In this document: piece by piece, positions 13,801 to 24,500 of the stretch
How the letters are laid out: each line of letters starts with the position of its first letter
Numbering within the stretch: the first letter of the stretch is position 1
From: Azolla caroliniana
Lineage: Eukaryota > Plantae > Polypodiophyta
NCBI GenBank assembly: GCA_043228905.1
Contig: JBHGNT010000020.1
Coordinates: 6,634,001-6,698,000 of the forward strand
Direction: 5' to 3'
DNA length: 64,000 bases
Position numbers and translations under genes: made by a program
The notes under the pieces: generated by a model
The model's database searches: none
Told to the model about the DNA's origin: nothing
Seen by the model: the letters and a program-made list of their open reading frames with translations, nothing else

Positions 13801-14826
13801 GCATATACCTTCATTCCCCATCCGGACACAGCCGTGAACACCGGCTGAGTAGGATGAGAAGCATTTCCGGTCCGGGGTAAGGTGGAACGACGCTCCAGAG
13901 TCTACCACCCAGGTCATTTCTTCGCCGGCAAGGTTTATCTCACTCTCCTCGGTGATGAGCATCAACTCCTCTTCACTTGCCGCGATTGCCGTCGTTCCCT
14001 TCCAGTCCGACCCCTTCTTGTCTTTACCGTTCTGGTCCGGGGTCCGTTTCGAATCGGTAACGTCGGTCTCCTTATCTTTTCGAAAATGCCGACAGTTCTT
14101 TTGGAAGTGTCCCGGCTTGCCGCAATAGAAGCAAGTAGGCCTCCCCCTTGACTTTGACCGTGTCCCCGACTTCTCCCGGTTCTGGGGACTACGGTTTCTA
14201 TGTCTTCCGCGTTCCGATTCGGTAAGTAGCGCTTTGGAGTCGGAGCTCGTATCTTTATCTTTCCGACGCGCCTCCTCATCTAGCCAGCTTGACTTTACTC
14301 TTGCTAGGGATAACCGTTTTCCTTCCGGCCCGGCGTTGCCCAAAGTGACAACCAACGTCTCCCAGCTATCCGGGAGGGAACCGAGCAGGAGTAGCGCTAG
14401 TACCTCATCGGCGAGAGGTACTTCCAGTGATGTTGCCTGGTGTATCAGCCCCTGGAAGGCATTCATATGCTCCGCCATGCTGGAGCCATGTTGGTACCGG
14501 AGTCTTACTAGCTTCCGGAATACCGAGACCTGATTAACAACATTTTTGTTTTGAAACATTATGCCGATCTTCTCCCAGAGCTCATGAGCCTTGCTCTCTT
14601 CATTGAAGTTGTTGTACAGGCTCATGTCGATGAAGCACCGTATGTACGCCGTTGTCTTCATATGCATCACCTCCCATATTGCGGCGTCGATTTTGTCCGG
14701 TCTCTTGTCCCCGAACTGAACCGGCAGCCAGAGGTCTTTAACCATGAGCATGTCCCTCATCTTCGACTTCCACACAGAATAGTTAGAGCCGGTGAGCTTG
14801 AACATGCCGCCAAACGATTCGTCCAT
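10804..14826 (-). CDS. Copia Gag-Pol polyprotein (~1340 aa: Gag/CCHC, protease, integrase, RT, RNase H)
   Basis: Uninterrupted ORF; CFYCGKPGHFQKNC, WVVDSGAS, HTDVC..RADNGGEY..NGLAERMN, LYVDDM, FTDSD..TEAEY..CDSQSA; start set at the first ATG after the PBS (MDESFGG). Confidence 0.95.
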   Translation of the reverse strand: MDESFGGMFKLTGSNYSVWKSKMRDMLMVKDLWLPVQFGDKRPDKIDAAIWEVMHMKTTAYIRCFIDMSLYNNFNEESKAHELWEKIGIMFQNKNVVNQVSVFRKLVRLRYQHGSSMAEHMNAFQGLIHQATSLEVPLADEVLALLLLGSLPDSWETLVVTLGNAGPEGKRLSLARVKSSWLDEEARRKDKDTSSDSKALLTESERGRHRNRSPQNREKSGTRSKSRGRPTCFYCGKPGHFQKNCRHFRKDKETDVTDSKRTPDQNGKDKKGSDWKGTTAIAASEEELMLITEESEINLAGEEMTWVVDSGASFHLTPDRKCFSSYSAGVHGCVRMGNEGICRIVGIGDVWLSTPTGCKLLLKDVRHVPEVRLNLISAGQLDDEGYTGSIRNGVMKFNKGSLIVARAWKVNTLYLMNARLCPEEVNVASDTAGELWHKRLCHMSEKGKKRLAEDNLIPVKNVHLEKCTDCLAGKQNRTSFRPRPPMRHNAPLELVHTDVCQVDTKSHAGAQYFVTFIDDHSRKLWATPLKTKDQVLSVFKELHARVERETGRKLKAVRADNGGEYRGQFEEYCCSKGIRLEFTVPKTPELNGLAERMNRTIIERVRSMLAHAKLPKKFWAEALSTATYVINRSPSVPLDGDTPQRVWTGKEVSYRHLKVFGCLAYVHVAKDRRGKLDPKTRPCIFLSYGDDEFGYRVWDLVDKKVFRSRDIIFMENKTLADWESEEKIMNSESTGKDRLYDEQSQPARDRLALEGPDSYGEDTERAEEEVEEAETGTGQDPESDSDKEQMDEPVTEAQRRRYPLRERRAPRRFPDVEHILLTDEGEPESFEEVQEDTHNRKWLSAMQNHTYELVELPKGKRALRNKWVYKLKPGDAGKTPRYKARIVVKGFQQKKGVDFDEIFALIVKMTSIWTVLSIAASMDLEVEQLDVKTAFLHGDLEEEIYMQQPEGFVEKGKEHLVCRLKKSLYELKQAPRQWYRKFDSFMTDQGYHKTQADHYVFVKKFEGGDFLILLLYVDDMLIVGRDQVKIQMLKKALNRTFSMKDLGPARQMLGMHIIRNRSAKQLWLSQEKYVTKVLHRFNMSDAKPVRSTLPANCKLSDKQSPKMKAEKTDMMKIPYASAVGSLMYAMVCTQPDIGYAVGVVSRFMSNPGKEHCNAVKWILRYLKGTSNMCLRFGSGKPQLDGFTDSDMSVDVDTSRSTSGYVMTYARGAVSWQSRLQKTVALSTTEAEYMAVVEAGKEILWMKDFIGELGIRQDEYRLYCDSQSAIHLAKNAAYHSRTKHIQRRYHWIRERVDDQEFALTKIHKAENGSDMLTKVLIPDKLDACRKRIGLVRHPMPE

Positions 14827-16019
14827 TTTCTGTGTCGTTTCGCTCTGATACCACTTGACGGGAACTGAACGCTCCTTATGCACAACGCTCGGCCACAACC
14901 GAGCTTAGAATGATACACAGAAAAAAAACGGGAAATAAAACACGACACAAAGAGGAGGAAGATACACAGGAGGTTTACATGGAAAACCCCAAACTAGGGG
15001 AAAAACCACGGCAGCCCATAGGCTACAAACTGTCACTATGTAAGAATGTACAACAGTGAGTTCACTGAGGCAACGACCTCGTGCTCACAGATCTTCGCCA
15101 CAGGTGGCGGTTACAACAGAGGCAACGACCTCTTTCTCTCTCTCTCTCTCTGTACACAGTTACGCGCTCTCGCTATACTTTTACCAACAAGAATGACAAC
15201 AACAACACTAACTAAAGTTTGCCCTAAGTCATATTTATACTAATATGACTTTTCGGCTATTTACAAATATAGCCTCGGTGGACTATCAGAAAACATATTT
15301 ACGAATATGTCTCTTCATCCGGTTCTCCGTATATACTCCTCATCCGGTTCATAGCGGGTCTGCACCATCCGGCTCTCCGTAGCCGGGTACTCCTCATCCG
15401 GTTCATACCGGGTCTGCACCATCCGGCTCTTCGTAGCCAGGTCCTCCTCATCCGGTTTCGGCCGAGGCGTATCGGCCTCGGCCGAGTTTGTTCATCGGCA
15501 CTGTTCTTATCCCTTCCCATTCGGAGGGACCTGTCTCCCAACATTATGAGCATTGAAGTATGTGTTAGAACTTCTGTCAGTCCGTATGGAGTTGTATAAA
15601 AGTGGTCTCTGAACACATCCTATGTACAGAGTTTTACACATGATTCGAATTTAGCTTTTTTGTGTTTTTTCCCTCTTTGTCTCTCCTGCGTACATTGTCT
15701 CTTAAGCTCTCCATCAAACCTATTTTTCTCTGTCGGTATTCTATGTTTTGTATAGCTTCCGCACGTAACATTTCACAACATACAACAATATGACAACCAC
15801 CACCACAATGATTGCCCTAAGTCATATTTATAGTTATATGAACTTAGGGTTATTTACAAATATAGCCTCAATAGGCTTACTGGAAATGTATTTACAAATA
15901 TGTCTTCTCATCTGGTTCTCACCAGGTCTATCCGATTTGGTTTCAGGATCTCTTCTGGTTCTCACCTGGTCCACATCATTCATAACCGGATCCCATCCAG
16001 AGGGACAGATTTCCCAACA

Positions 16020-17056
16020 AAAACCCAGGCACATCAAAGCTGATTGTCGTGCACTCAAAGCCAAGATTGATAAGGCTTAGTGAGCTGATCAAAAGAGTGG
16101 CCGACATGAGGAGGTCATCTGCGTCAGCTCTTCAGCCGAAGTATTGTCGAATGAGCCGAACATAATATCCATTGAAAACCTAGTCGAATAAGAAGTTCTG
16201 CTTACGACTGAGGAATCGAGCACATGGCTCTTGGATTCGGGTGCGTCCTACCATGTGACCCCTCACAGATCTTAGTTTCAGCAATACCCGACCCGACACT
16301 CCGACTCTGTACGGGTCGGAAATTCGCAGCATTGCGTTATAATTGGAATCAACACAGTAGAGCTCAATGTCCTGAGTGGCTCTACATTAGTACTACACAA
16401 TGTCTGACACGTACTTGAGCTCTCAAGACCACTGATCTCAATCGGATAACTTGACGAAGATGGCATCCGTGTGTTAGCTTCTCATCAGGAGTGTGGACAC
16501 TCCATAGGGGGAACCTCCTGCTTGCTTGATGTTGAGAGACAAGCTCAACATGGGCCGAATTGGTTGAAGACCGATCGAGTAGGCCCGAATTGGCTGAGAG
16601 CCGAATCAAAGAGAGTTCGATTCGGGTGTGCCAAGTCGAATGGATTCTGAAAGGCCGTTAGGGGCCTACAATAGGAATATTGTAGACAGAATTAGTGTCA
16701 GGATCATTTATGAGCATTCAAGTACTGATGGTACTTGTGCCAACCCACTTGTTAGGGCATGTATAAAAAGTTCTCACTAAGCATGGTGCATGTACAGAGT
16801 CTACAGAGTGTTCATTATTTTGAATTTTGAAGAGTTGTTGTTTGCTCTCTCTGTCTCTGTCTCTCTCTCCATTCTCTCTGTTTACCTAACTGTCGAGCTT
16901 CGAACAATCAATTGTGTACTTAGCGTCTATCGCACACGCTTCCGCACACGAATACTTTTACACTCGAGGACCAAAAGTACAATCTTTGTACCTGTTATAT
17001 CTCACACTTAGAGAGGGTAACTTGTTCTTGTTGATATTCCTGTGTCATCATTATGG
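16020..17056 (+). pseudogene. Fragment of an older Tork-like Copia (Z) that hosts element A: zinc knuckle end, protease, pre-integrase region
   Basis: HIKADC at 16020+, WLLDSGASYHVTP at 16224+, GNLLLA|RGPKVQSLY continuing across the solo LTR, SSLW at ~17050. Confidence 0.8.
16530..16962 (+). mobile_element. Solo LTR of the B/D/J Copia group
   Basis: TGTTGAGAGACAAGCTCAACAT...TTACA; TSD CTTGA/CTCGA (CpG decay); host Z reading frame resumes after it. Confidence 0.88.
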
Positions 17057-17783
17057 AGAGAGGGTTGAAAATCCTCTGCAACCGACAGAAAAAGCAAGCG
17101 AACAAGACAGAGACAAGGTTTGTCGTTTTCGTGAAAGAAAAGATACGAACATGGACAGAGGAATGGGAAGCTCGCTTCCGATGGAAAAGCTCGATTGGAG
17201 CAACTACACATCTTGATTGTACAAGATGCACCACTACCTGCTCGGGCACGGTTACTGGAGTTATGTCAAAGGAGCTAATGATGCAGCACCCCCATCGACA
17301 CAGAGATTTCCTGTCCTGGGAACAGGTGGTGAGTAGAGTTTTGTACTGCTTCACATCCTGTGTGAACAACCAAGTTTTTGAGCTACATTCAGGATGCAAA
17401 GATGCCAAAGGATGCTTGGGGAAATCTGAAGAAGATTTTCGCCATGAGCACCACAACCAAAAAGCTTTCAACTTACAAAGGAGTTGAGCAATGTCCTATA
17501 GAGTGAGATGTCGGTGGTTGACTACACCTCCAAGATCAAGGAGATTTGCGACTCCCTCGCCTCCGTACACATGAACATTGTGGAGGACAAAATGGTGCAG
17601 GTTTGCCTTAGAGGGTTGGCGTCGAAGTTCGGAGCATTCCAAATGGCGGTCTGCATGAGGGAGAATATGCCTTCGTTTTTCAAGCTACAATCGATGTTGG
17701 TCGTAGAAGAAAACCACTCGGGTGCGTCGACAAGCATGCACACCGATAGCAAAATGTTGTACATGGAGGAGGATAGACCCCAT

Positions 17784-18530
17784 TGTCATAGAGAAAACCG
17801 GCCTTAGGTGGAATCATGGAATTTGGCGCGTGAAACGACACTTACGCGTGTGCACTCAACCCAACACTTGTACAGGAATAGGCCGACGTGATGTGTATAT
17901 CCTAAGGAGAATATATTAATAGGCTAGTGAATCGAAGTGGATTTGTGTTCAAGGGGACAGAGAATAAAGGTGATTTGACCAGGATGTAACGGTCCCTCCT
18001 TGGCGGCCTATAAGAGGGGAAGGGGAGAAGACTGAAAAGTGGGGGTATCACATTTTGGCAAGGACGAGGTGCTGTCAGACTGGGAACCGAGCTCTCTCCT
18101 CCTCTATCGTTGTTATCTGCAAGTTTTCTGAGTTGGTTGCCTCTGCTCTGGGGAAGCCCGCGTGTTTTCCGGCAAAGGCTCTACTGTGTGTGTGCGAGGG
18201 CGCGTGATTGTCTGGGTTGGGTCTGTCGCTGGCTATCCGATTGTAATCTTGCAAACACTATAACCTTTACTGTTATTGGAATCAAATCTCTTGTTTCTCT
18301 CTCTCTGTCTCTGTGTTTTTGTGAGTCTCTCTTTTACGCGGGTGTGCATCTTGATCGGATACACATTGGTGGTTTATTTAGCTGACAAGCGTTGTCAGTT
18401 GCAAACGGGCCTAACCGGCTCAATGCTTGCGCTCTTTTCCCGCTCCGCCTTCTTCTCTCTCTCTTGCTCCTCGGTTCAGGCCCCCCACGGTCCCGCCTTA
18501 TTTCCTACGTGAAAGTGGAACAACACGACA
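17784..18530 (+). mobile_element. Probable solo LTR of an unrelated family, with a 4-bp TSD
   Basis: TGTCAT...ACGACA termini, CCAT/CCGT flanks restore host codons AGA CCC CGT GGT, TATA-like CCTATAAG at ~18007; no coding content. Confidence 0.75.
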
Positions 18531-20212
18531 CCGTGGTCGTGGTGGACGAGGCAGGTTGGCACGCAATGGAGGCGGCCAACAAGAGCAGAACTAGAGGCAT
18601 AGAGGAGGGGCCAATAACATATTCGAACCCTCCAGAAACAAGGGGAGTTAGGGTAGCGCCAGAAATTGGTAAGCGAAGGCTGACTCAGAATGTTGGTAAT
18701 GTGGCAAGAAAGGCCACAATCAGAGCGAGTGCTAGAATAGGCAAGCCGATTCGAACAAAGCCGGATTGAGCCGAGGAGAAGCAGATAAGCATCAGAGATC
18801 GCACTACGTAGAAGACTCAGGGTGAGCCTAAACAGGCCCAACCTTCATAATGAAGCACAAAGCCAACTTGATGGCGGTGAACACCTCAAGGTTGAACGAG
18901 GTGTGGTATGTGGATTCGGGCGCATCGAACCACATGACGAATCACAAGGAGTGGTTCTCGACTCTAGAGAAGCCAACGCAACTGGGGCTCGTCGAAACTG
19001 GCGATGATACCCCTCACCTCATCGAACACATTAGAGATGTCCCCTTGAGCCATGTTGGCCAAAACAGAATAATGAGAAATGTCTTGCATGTGCCGACAAT
19101 GACCAAGAATTTGGTGTCGGTCGGATAGATAGTAGACTAGGGCATGCAAGTTCGATTTACTCACCTTGGCTTCTTCATAGAGGAAGAAGGTCGAATCATC
19201 GCGCAAGTGAGCTGAGAAGGGAGGATGTTCATCCTCAAAACAAGCGAAGTTGGAACCGCGATGTTTGCAAAAAGGCAAAAAGTCGACTTGTGGCACAAAC
19301 GGTTCGGCCACGTCAACTTCCCGCGGCTTCAGGAGATGCAGACGAAAGATATCGTTTTTGGCTCGCCGAAATTTAGTGGCCGAAAGAGCGAAGTCTACGA
19401 AGCCTGCTAGTTAGGGAAGCATCACTGACTTCTGTTCCCAAATGAAAGAAATCGGAGCCAAAACAAGCTCGATTTAATCCATTCGGATGTATGGGGACCG
19501 ACACAGAACGTGAGTATCGATGGAAGTCGTTACTTTGTAACCGTCATTGAAGACTACACTCGGCACACTTGGGTATGCTGGATTGAGAAGAAAAGCGAAG
19601 TCTTATCTTGCTTCTTGAAGGTGAAGAGCTGATACCGAACTTGAGACCGGTAGAAAGATCAAGTGCCTAAGGTCCGATGGTGAAAAGAATAATTTTCTGA
19701 TTAGTTCTTTAGCTATCTACAAAAGGAAGGAATTTGACACGAATTTTTGTGCAAATACACACCGTAGTAGAATGGTGTGGCCGAGAGGAAGAATCAGATG
19801 ATAGAGGAATCAACTAGAGCAATGCTCAAGGAGAAGCATATGCCGAAATTCTACTAAGCCGTCAAGACGACAATATACCCGGTAGAATTAGACTTCTGCA
19901 AATGGAGGAGTGTCACTACATGAGCTATATTTCGGGAAGAAGCTGAAGTTGGCATACTTGAGAGTATTCGGTAGCATTTCATATGTGCATGTGCCGAAGG
20001 AAAAATGGAGGAAGTTAGACACAAAAGCCAAAAAATGTATCTTGGTTGGCTCCTCAGATGAGCAGAAGGGTTATAAGTATTATAATCCTTGAATGAAAGA
20101 GGTCCGAGTAAGCCAAGATGTCATTTTTGATGAGTCGGCTCCGTGGCACTTGCCCTCACCTACAACCCCAATCCACTCCATTCTGAATTCTAAGGAAGAG
20201 ACCAATGAGGCT

Positions 20213-20829
20213 TGTTAGGATCTCGGTCCCTCCGGATGGGATGATGAAGGCCCGGTGAGAACCGGATGATGTAGAACCAGTGAGAATCGGATAATGAGTA
20301 CCCGGTAAGGAAGACCCGGTGAGAACCGGATGTTGCAGGCCCGGTGAGAACCTCTCCCTGGATGAAGGGACATATATGTAAATATGTTCCAGAGAGCCCA
20401 CTGGGGCTATATTTGTAAATAGACCGAAAGTCATATTAGTATAAATATGACCTAGGGCAAATTGTATTGTAGAGTGTTGTCATTATTTGTTGTATAGAGT
20501 TATTGGTGTAACTGTTGTACAGAGCGTAGTAGAGGGATAGAGAGCGTGAGAGCAGCTACGAGCACTCTCTGTTGTAACCGCCACCAAGTGAAGAGTGTGA
20601 GAACGAGGTCGTTGCCTCTGTGCCCCATGTTGTATTCTTTGACATAGTGATAGTTTGGAGTCTGTGGGCTCCCGTGGTTTTTCCCTCTCAGGGTTTTCCA
20701 TGTTAACATCTTGTGCATTCTCTTCTGTTTGTGTACTTACTTCCATTTCTCCATTTAGATTATGTTGGATTATCATTAAGTGATCTAAGTCTTGGTTGTG
20801 GCCGAAGATTATTCTGCATTTTCTCTACA
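20213..20829 (+). mobile_element. Solo LTR (A/C-related Tork-like group)
   Basis: TGTTAGG...CTACA, TSD AGGCT on both sides, ATATTAGTATAAATA TATA region as in the C LTR. Confidence 0.92.
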
Positions 20830-21530
20830 AGGCTGAGATGCCCCTGGAGGAAGAGGAAATCAGAAATCTAGAAGAGAGTTCGGAAGTGGGCCGAATGAGC
20901 AACTGAGTCGAAAGGACCAGCCGGATGAAGAGCCGACGAGTAGTGGAGACTCGAATGTGCAGTCCCCTAGCTAGAAATCGAGGTGACGGTTTATGCGCAA
21001 GGAGAAAGGGAAGATGAAGATGCTGGAATATAGCAGTGACGTCGATACATCGAATCGAAGCGAATTAGATGTGTCTAGGAGCAAAGAGGGACCTTCGGAA
21101 ATAGGGTTGAAGTCGGCCGAGAGGGTCATAAAATCGGCGAAGTAGAAGTTACGCCGATCCACCCACCAGAAGAATCCCGTAATTTGGCACATCATTATGC
21201 ATATATGGCGAAGGTGGCTGAAGTGCGTGATTTGGAGAGCTACACAGAAGCGGCAAAGGATGCCAATTGGTGAAAAGCCATGGAGGAAGAGACGCGAGCA
21301 ATTATTGGAGAATGAGACTGGGAACCTGGTTGATGTACCCAAGGGGTTGAAGCCGATCGGATAGAGGTGGGTGTACAAGGTCCAATATAACGCCAACGGC
21401 TCTGTCAACCGATATAAGGCCTAGTTGGTGGCCAAGGGCTAGGCGCAGAAACATGGTATCAATTATGATGAGACCTTCATGCCGGTCATGAAGATGACAA
21501 TTGTCCGTGTATTGTTGGCGGTAGCAGCAG

Positions 21531-24500
21531 TGTCAAGGTTAATATGCGGAAGCTTTGATGAACCGGTTCACCCGGATAGCAACAGAAAAAGTGCAGGTTT
21601 AATGGAAGCATCACAAAACACAGACAGAGAGCGGGAGAGACAAAGAGAGCAGAATAGTGAACTTAATTCAAAATAATAACACGCTCTGTTATATACAATG
21701 TCTTATAGAATACTTTTTATACAAGTCTTTAAAAAGACTGATAGAAGTATTGACATGTACTTCAATGCTCATACGAGCGATTGACACTAACTCCAAGGAA
21801 TATGCCTACATACTAGAATAAACTTGTAGTCCTCTAGGGGCGTATTGGTTACAATCCAGTCCGACTCTTGGTTCTGGATATCGATCTGGATACCTATCCG
21901 GTTCTCTGTTCCGGATACCAATCCGGCTTCGGCTTATTAAACCGATCTAGATCTAGTTGAGCTTGTCCACTCAACACTCCCACTCAAGCTCAATGTGAGG
22001 TCGGATCGTTGTGTAAGTGTCTGTCGAGCTTTCAAGTTGACTTCTTATGGCGACTTCTCACCTTGCTCGCGCTCCTCGACCCGTCCAATTCTGCTTTTCT
22101 CGACCTTCTCGATCAACTTGTCTACTCATAAGGCCCATTTCAGTTCTTTCGATGTTGTGACTTCAGCACTTCTCGACCCGTCGGTTTCTCCGTGTCGGTG
22201 TCAATTTCCGTTGCCTTCTTGTCTGCTTGACCTTGAGTTGATTCAGTTCCTTTGAATCGAACACCTCTTTTGAATCGGGTGCCTCCAATTCGTTCCAACT
22301 CTTGTCTGAATTAGTTGTTTGCAATTCATCCTCAATCTTTAGGTCCTTTACCACATTAGACTATGTTCGGGTCTTGGCCTTCTTCTGTCGGTTGGCTCTG
22401 TCCTTCTTGGCGTTGCCGCCGTCGCTGCTTGATTCCACTTGATTGGATTTGCCAATTTCTTCAGTCGACTCGGCTTCCTTTTTCTTCCTGTCTCCCCCTG
22501 TTTGGGTTGTTTCCTTCTCTCCGGCTCTTTGTCCGGTGCCACAACCTATTTTTGTTGTTTCCATTCCGGTTCTCCCCTTATCAATACCGGTTCTCCCCCT
22601 CAAGTCTGGCATGTCGAGATGCTGAAGACCAAGCATCTCGGAAAAATGTTGCAACTTGTCGGTTCCAAGGGCCTTGGTGAAGATGTTAGTTCGAATTCAC
22701 CGCTCAAGACCCACTCACGCACAAAATGATAATGCACTTCGATGTGCTTCGTTCGAGCATGGGACACGAGGTTCTTGGCTAGCTGCATGCTGCTCATGTT
22801 GTCACAGTAGATTGGGATTAGAGTCGGGACTTCGATATAGAGGTCTTGCAACAGTCGTTGAAGCCAGATTGCTTCATAGGTGGCAACAATAGCACCCCGA
22901 TACTCACCCTCAGTGCTTGATAGAGCCATAGTCGGTTGCTTTTTGCTACTCCACGCAACAACCGTGCTACCAATAGAGAAAATGAATCAGGAAGTGGACC
23001 GACGATCCGATGCATCACCGGTCCAGTTAGCATCCGTATATCCGATTAGCTTTTAGGTTATACCATGTTAGTATAACAGTCCCTAGTCTTTAGTGCCGCT
23101 AACATACCTCAGTATTCGTTGCGCGCACTGAAGGTGCTCCACGATCGACTTCTGCATAAACTGACTTATCACCCCAACCGGATAGTTGATGTCAAGTCGA
23201 GTGATAGTAAGGTAAATGAGGCTTCTGACAAGTTGGGATGAAGCTCTCGGTTCCGGTCCAAGGGTGTGGAGACTGGTCGGCAATCTGTCATGCCGAACTT
23301 GTACAACATATTCAACACAAAATGTCATTGTGAGAGCTATATGTCGTCAGGGGTGTGGATCACTTCGATCCCGAGGAATAATGAAGGTCCCCCAGGTCCT
23401 TCAATTCAAATGCATCCGACAGTTGGGACTTCACTCAACCGATTTCAACGAGTTTGGGTCTGGTGATGACTAGATCATCCACATATAGCAGGATACATAT
23501 TGGACTTGACGGACCTTTCCGGATGAACAATGACGAGTCGGATTTGGAGGCCCCCCATCTTACGCAACCGGTGCGTGATCTTCGAATTCTAAGCACGGGG
23601 AGCTTGCTTTAGACTGTAAAACGACTTCTTGAGTCAACATGTAGACATAATCTTCAAAGTTTCCTTGAAGAAATGCATTCTTCACGTCCATTTGGTGAAT
23701 ATGCCACCCCCTTGCCGCAGCTCCCCTAGCATTACACGAACCGTTGTCATCTTCGCTACCGGAGCAAAGGTCTCGTCGTAGTCGATTTTGTGGGTTTGTG
23801 CATATCCTTTGGCCACTAACCAGGCCTTGTACCGGTTGACCGAACCGTCAACATTGTACTTGACCTTGTAATACCACTTGCAACCAATCGGTTTGCAATG
23901 TCGGGGAGGGTCAACCAAGTCCAATGTGTCGTTGGCGTTGAGTGCCCACATCTCTTCTTCCATCGCGGCACGCCAATGTCTATCCTTTGCCGCTTCGGTG
24001 TAGCTCACTGGCTCATGCACTTCCGCCACTTTCGTCATGTATGCATAGTGATGCGCCATGTACTCATTATACCCATACCGTTTGACGGGGTTCTTCTAGC
24101 GGGTCGACTAGCGTAATTTCTCGTTAACCAATTTAAGGGCCGTCTTGGCCGACTCAGACTTTGTCTCTGAAGGTCCGGAGTCAGATTCGTTCTGATCTGA
24201 CTCATCTCTGCTGGTGTCGTATTCCGACATCTTCTTCTTCCTCGTCTCTTTGTGTGTCAATCGTCTCCTCGGTTCCTTGCACGGGGAAAGCACGGCCGAG
24301 TCTCCACTACTCGCTGACTCTTCATCCTGTTGATCTTTCCGACTCAGCTCTTCATGCGACCCACTCAGCCGGATTGAGATCAGACTTTCATCTAGGGTAC
24401 CAAACTCTTCTTTCTCTTCTGTCCGAATTGTTTCAAGAACACTGGCCTCATCTTCTGGAGTCAGGTTGGAGTTGGTGGTCGAAGTTATTAAAGAGTACCA

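Larger units (their letters stand above)
10261..15543 (-). mobile_element. Copia element C (Tork/Tnt1-like), full length, youngest insertion in the nest
   Basis: 3' LTR 10261-10793, 5' LTR 14856-15543, PBS 14842-14853 (TGGTATCAGAGC on minus), PPT ~10794-10806, TSD TTATG at 10256-10260 and 15544-15548. Confidence 0.96.
4301..15777 (+). mobile_element. Copia element B (second family) inserted in the 5' LTR of A; its 3' LTR is split by element C
   Basis: 5' LTR 4301-4738 (TG...CA), PBS TGGTATCAGAGC 4739-4750, PPT ~10037-10050, 3' LTR 10051-10260 + 15549-15777, TSD ACATA at 4296-4300 and 15778-15782. Confidence 0.93.
1..16019 (-). mobile_element. Copia element A (Tork/Tnt1-like), degenerate; 3' LTR runs off the window start, 5' LTR split by element B
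   Basis: Bases 1-36 match the LTR end at 15984-16019; minus-strand gag-PR-INT-RT-RH fragments; PBS at 3974-3985; 5' LTR = 3989-4300 + 15783-16019. Confidence 0.9.

Noticed and set aside
16963-17056. Novel insert replacing the PBS of D
   Set aside because: It translates as the continuation of host element Z (RGPKVQSLY)
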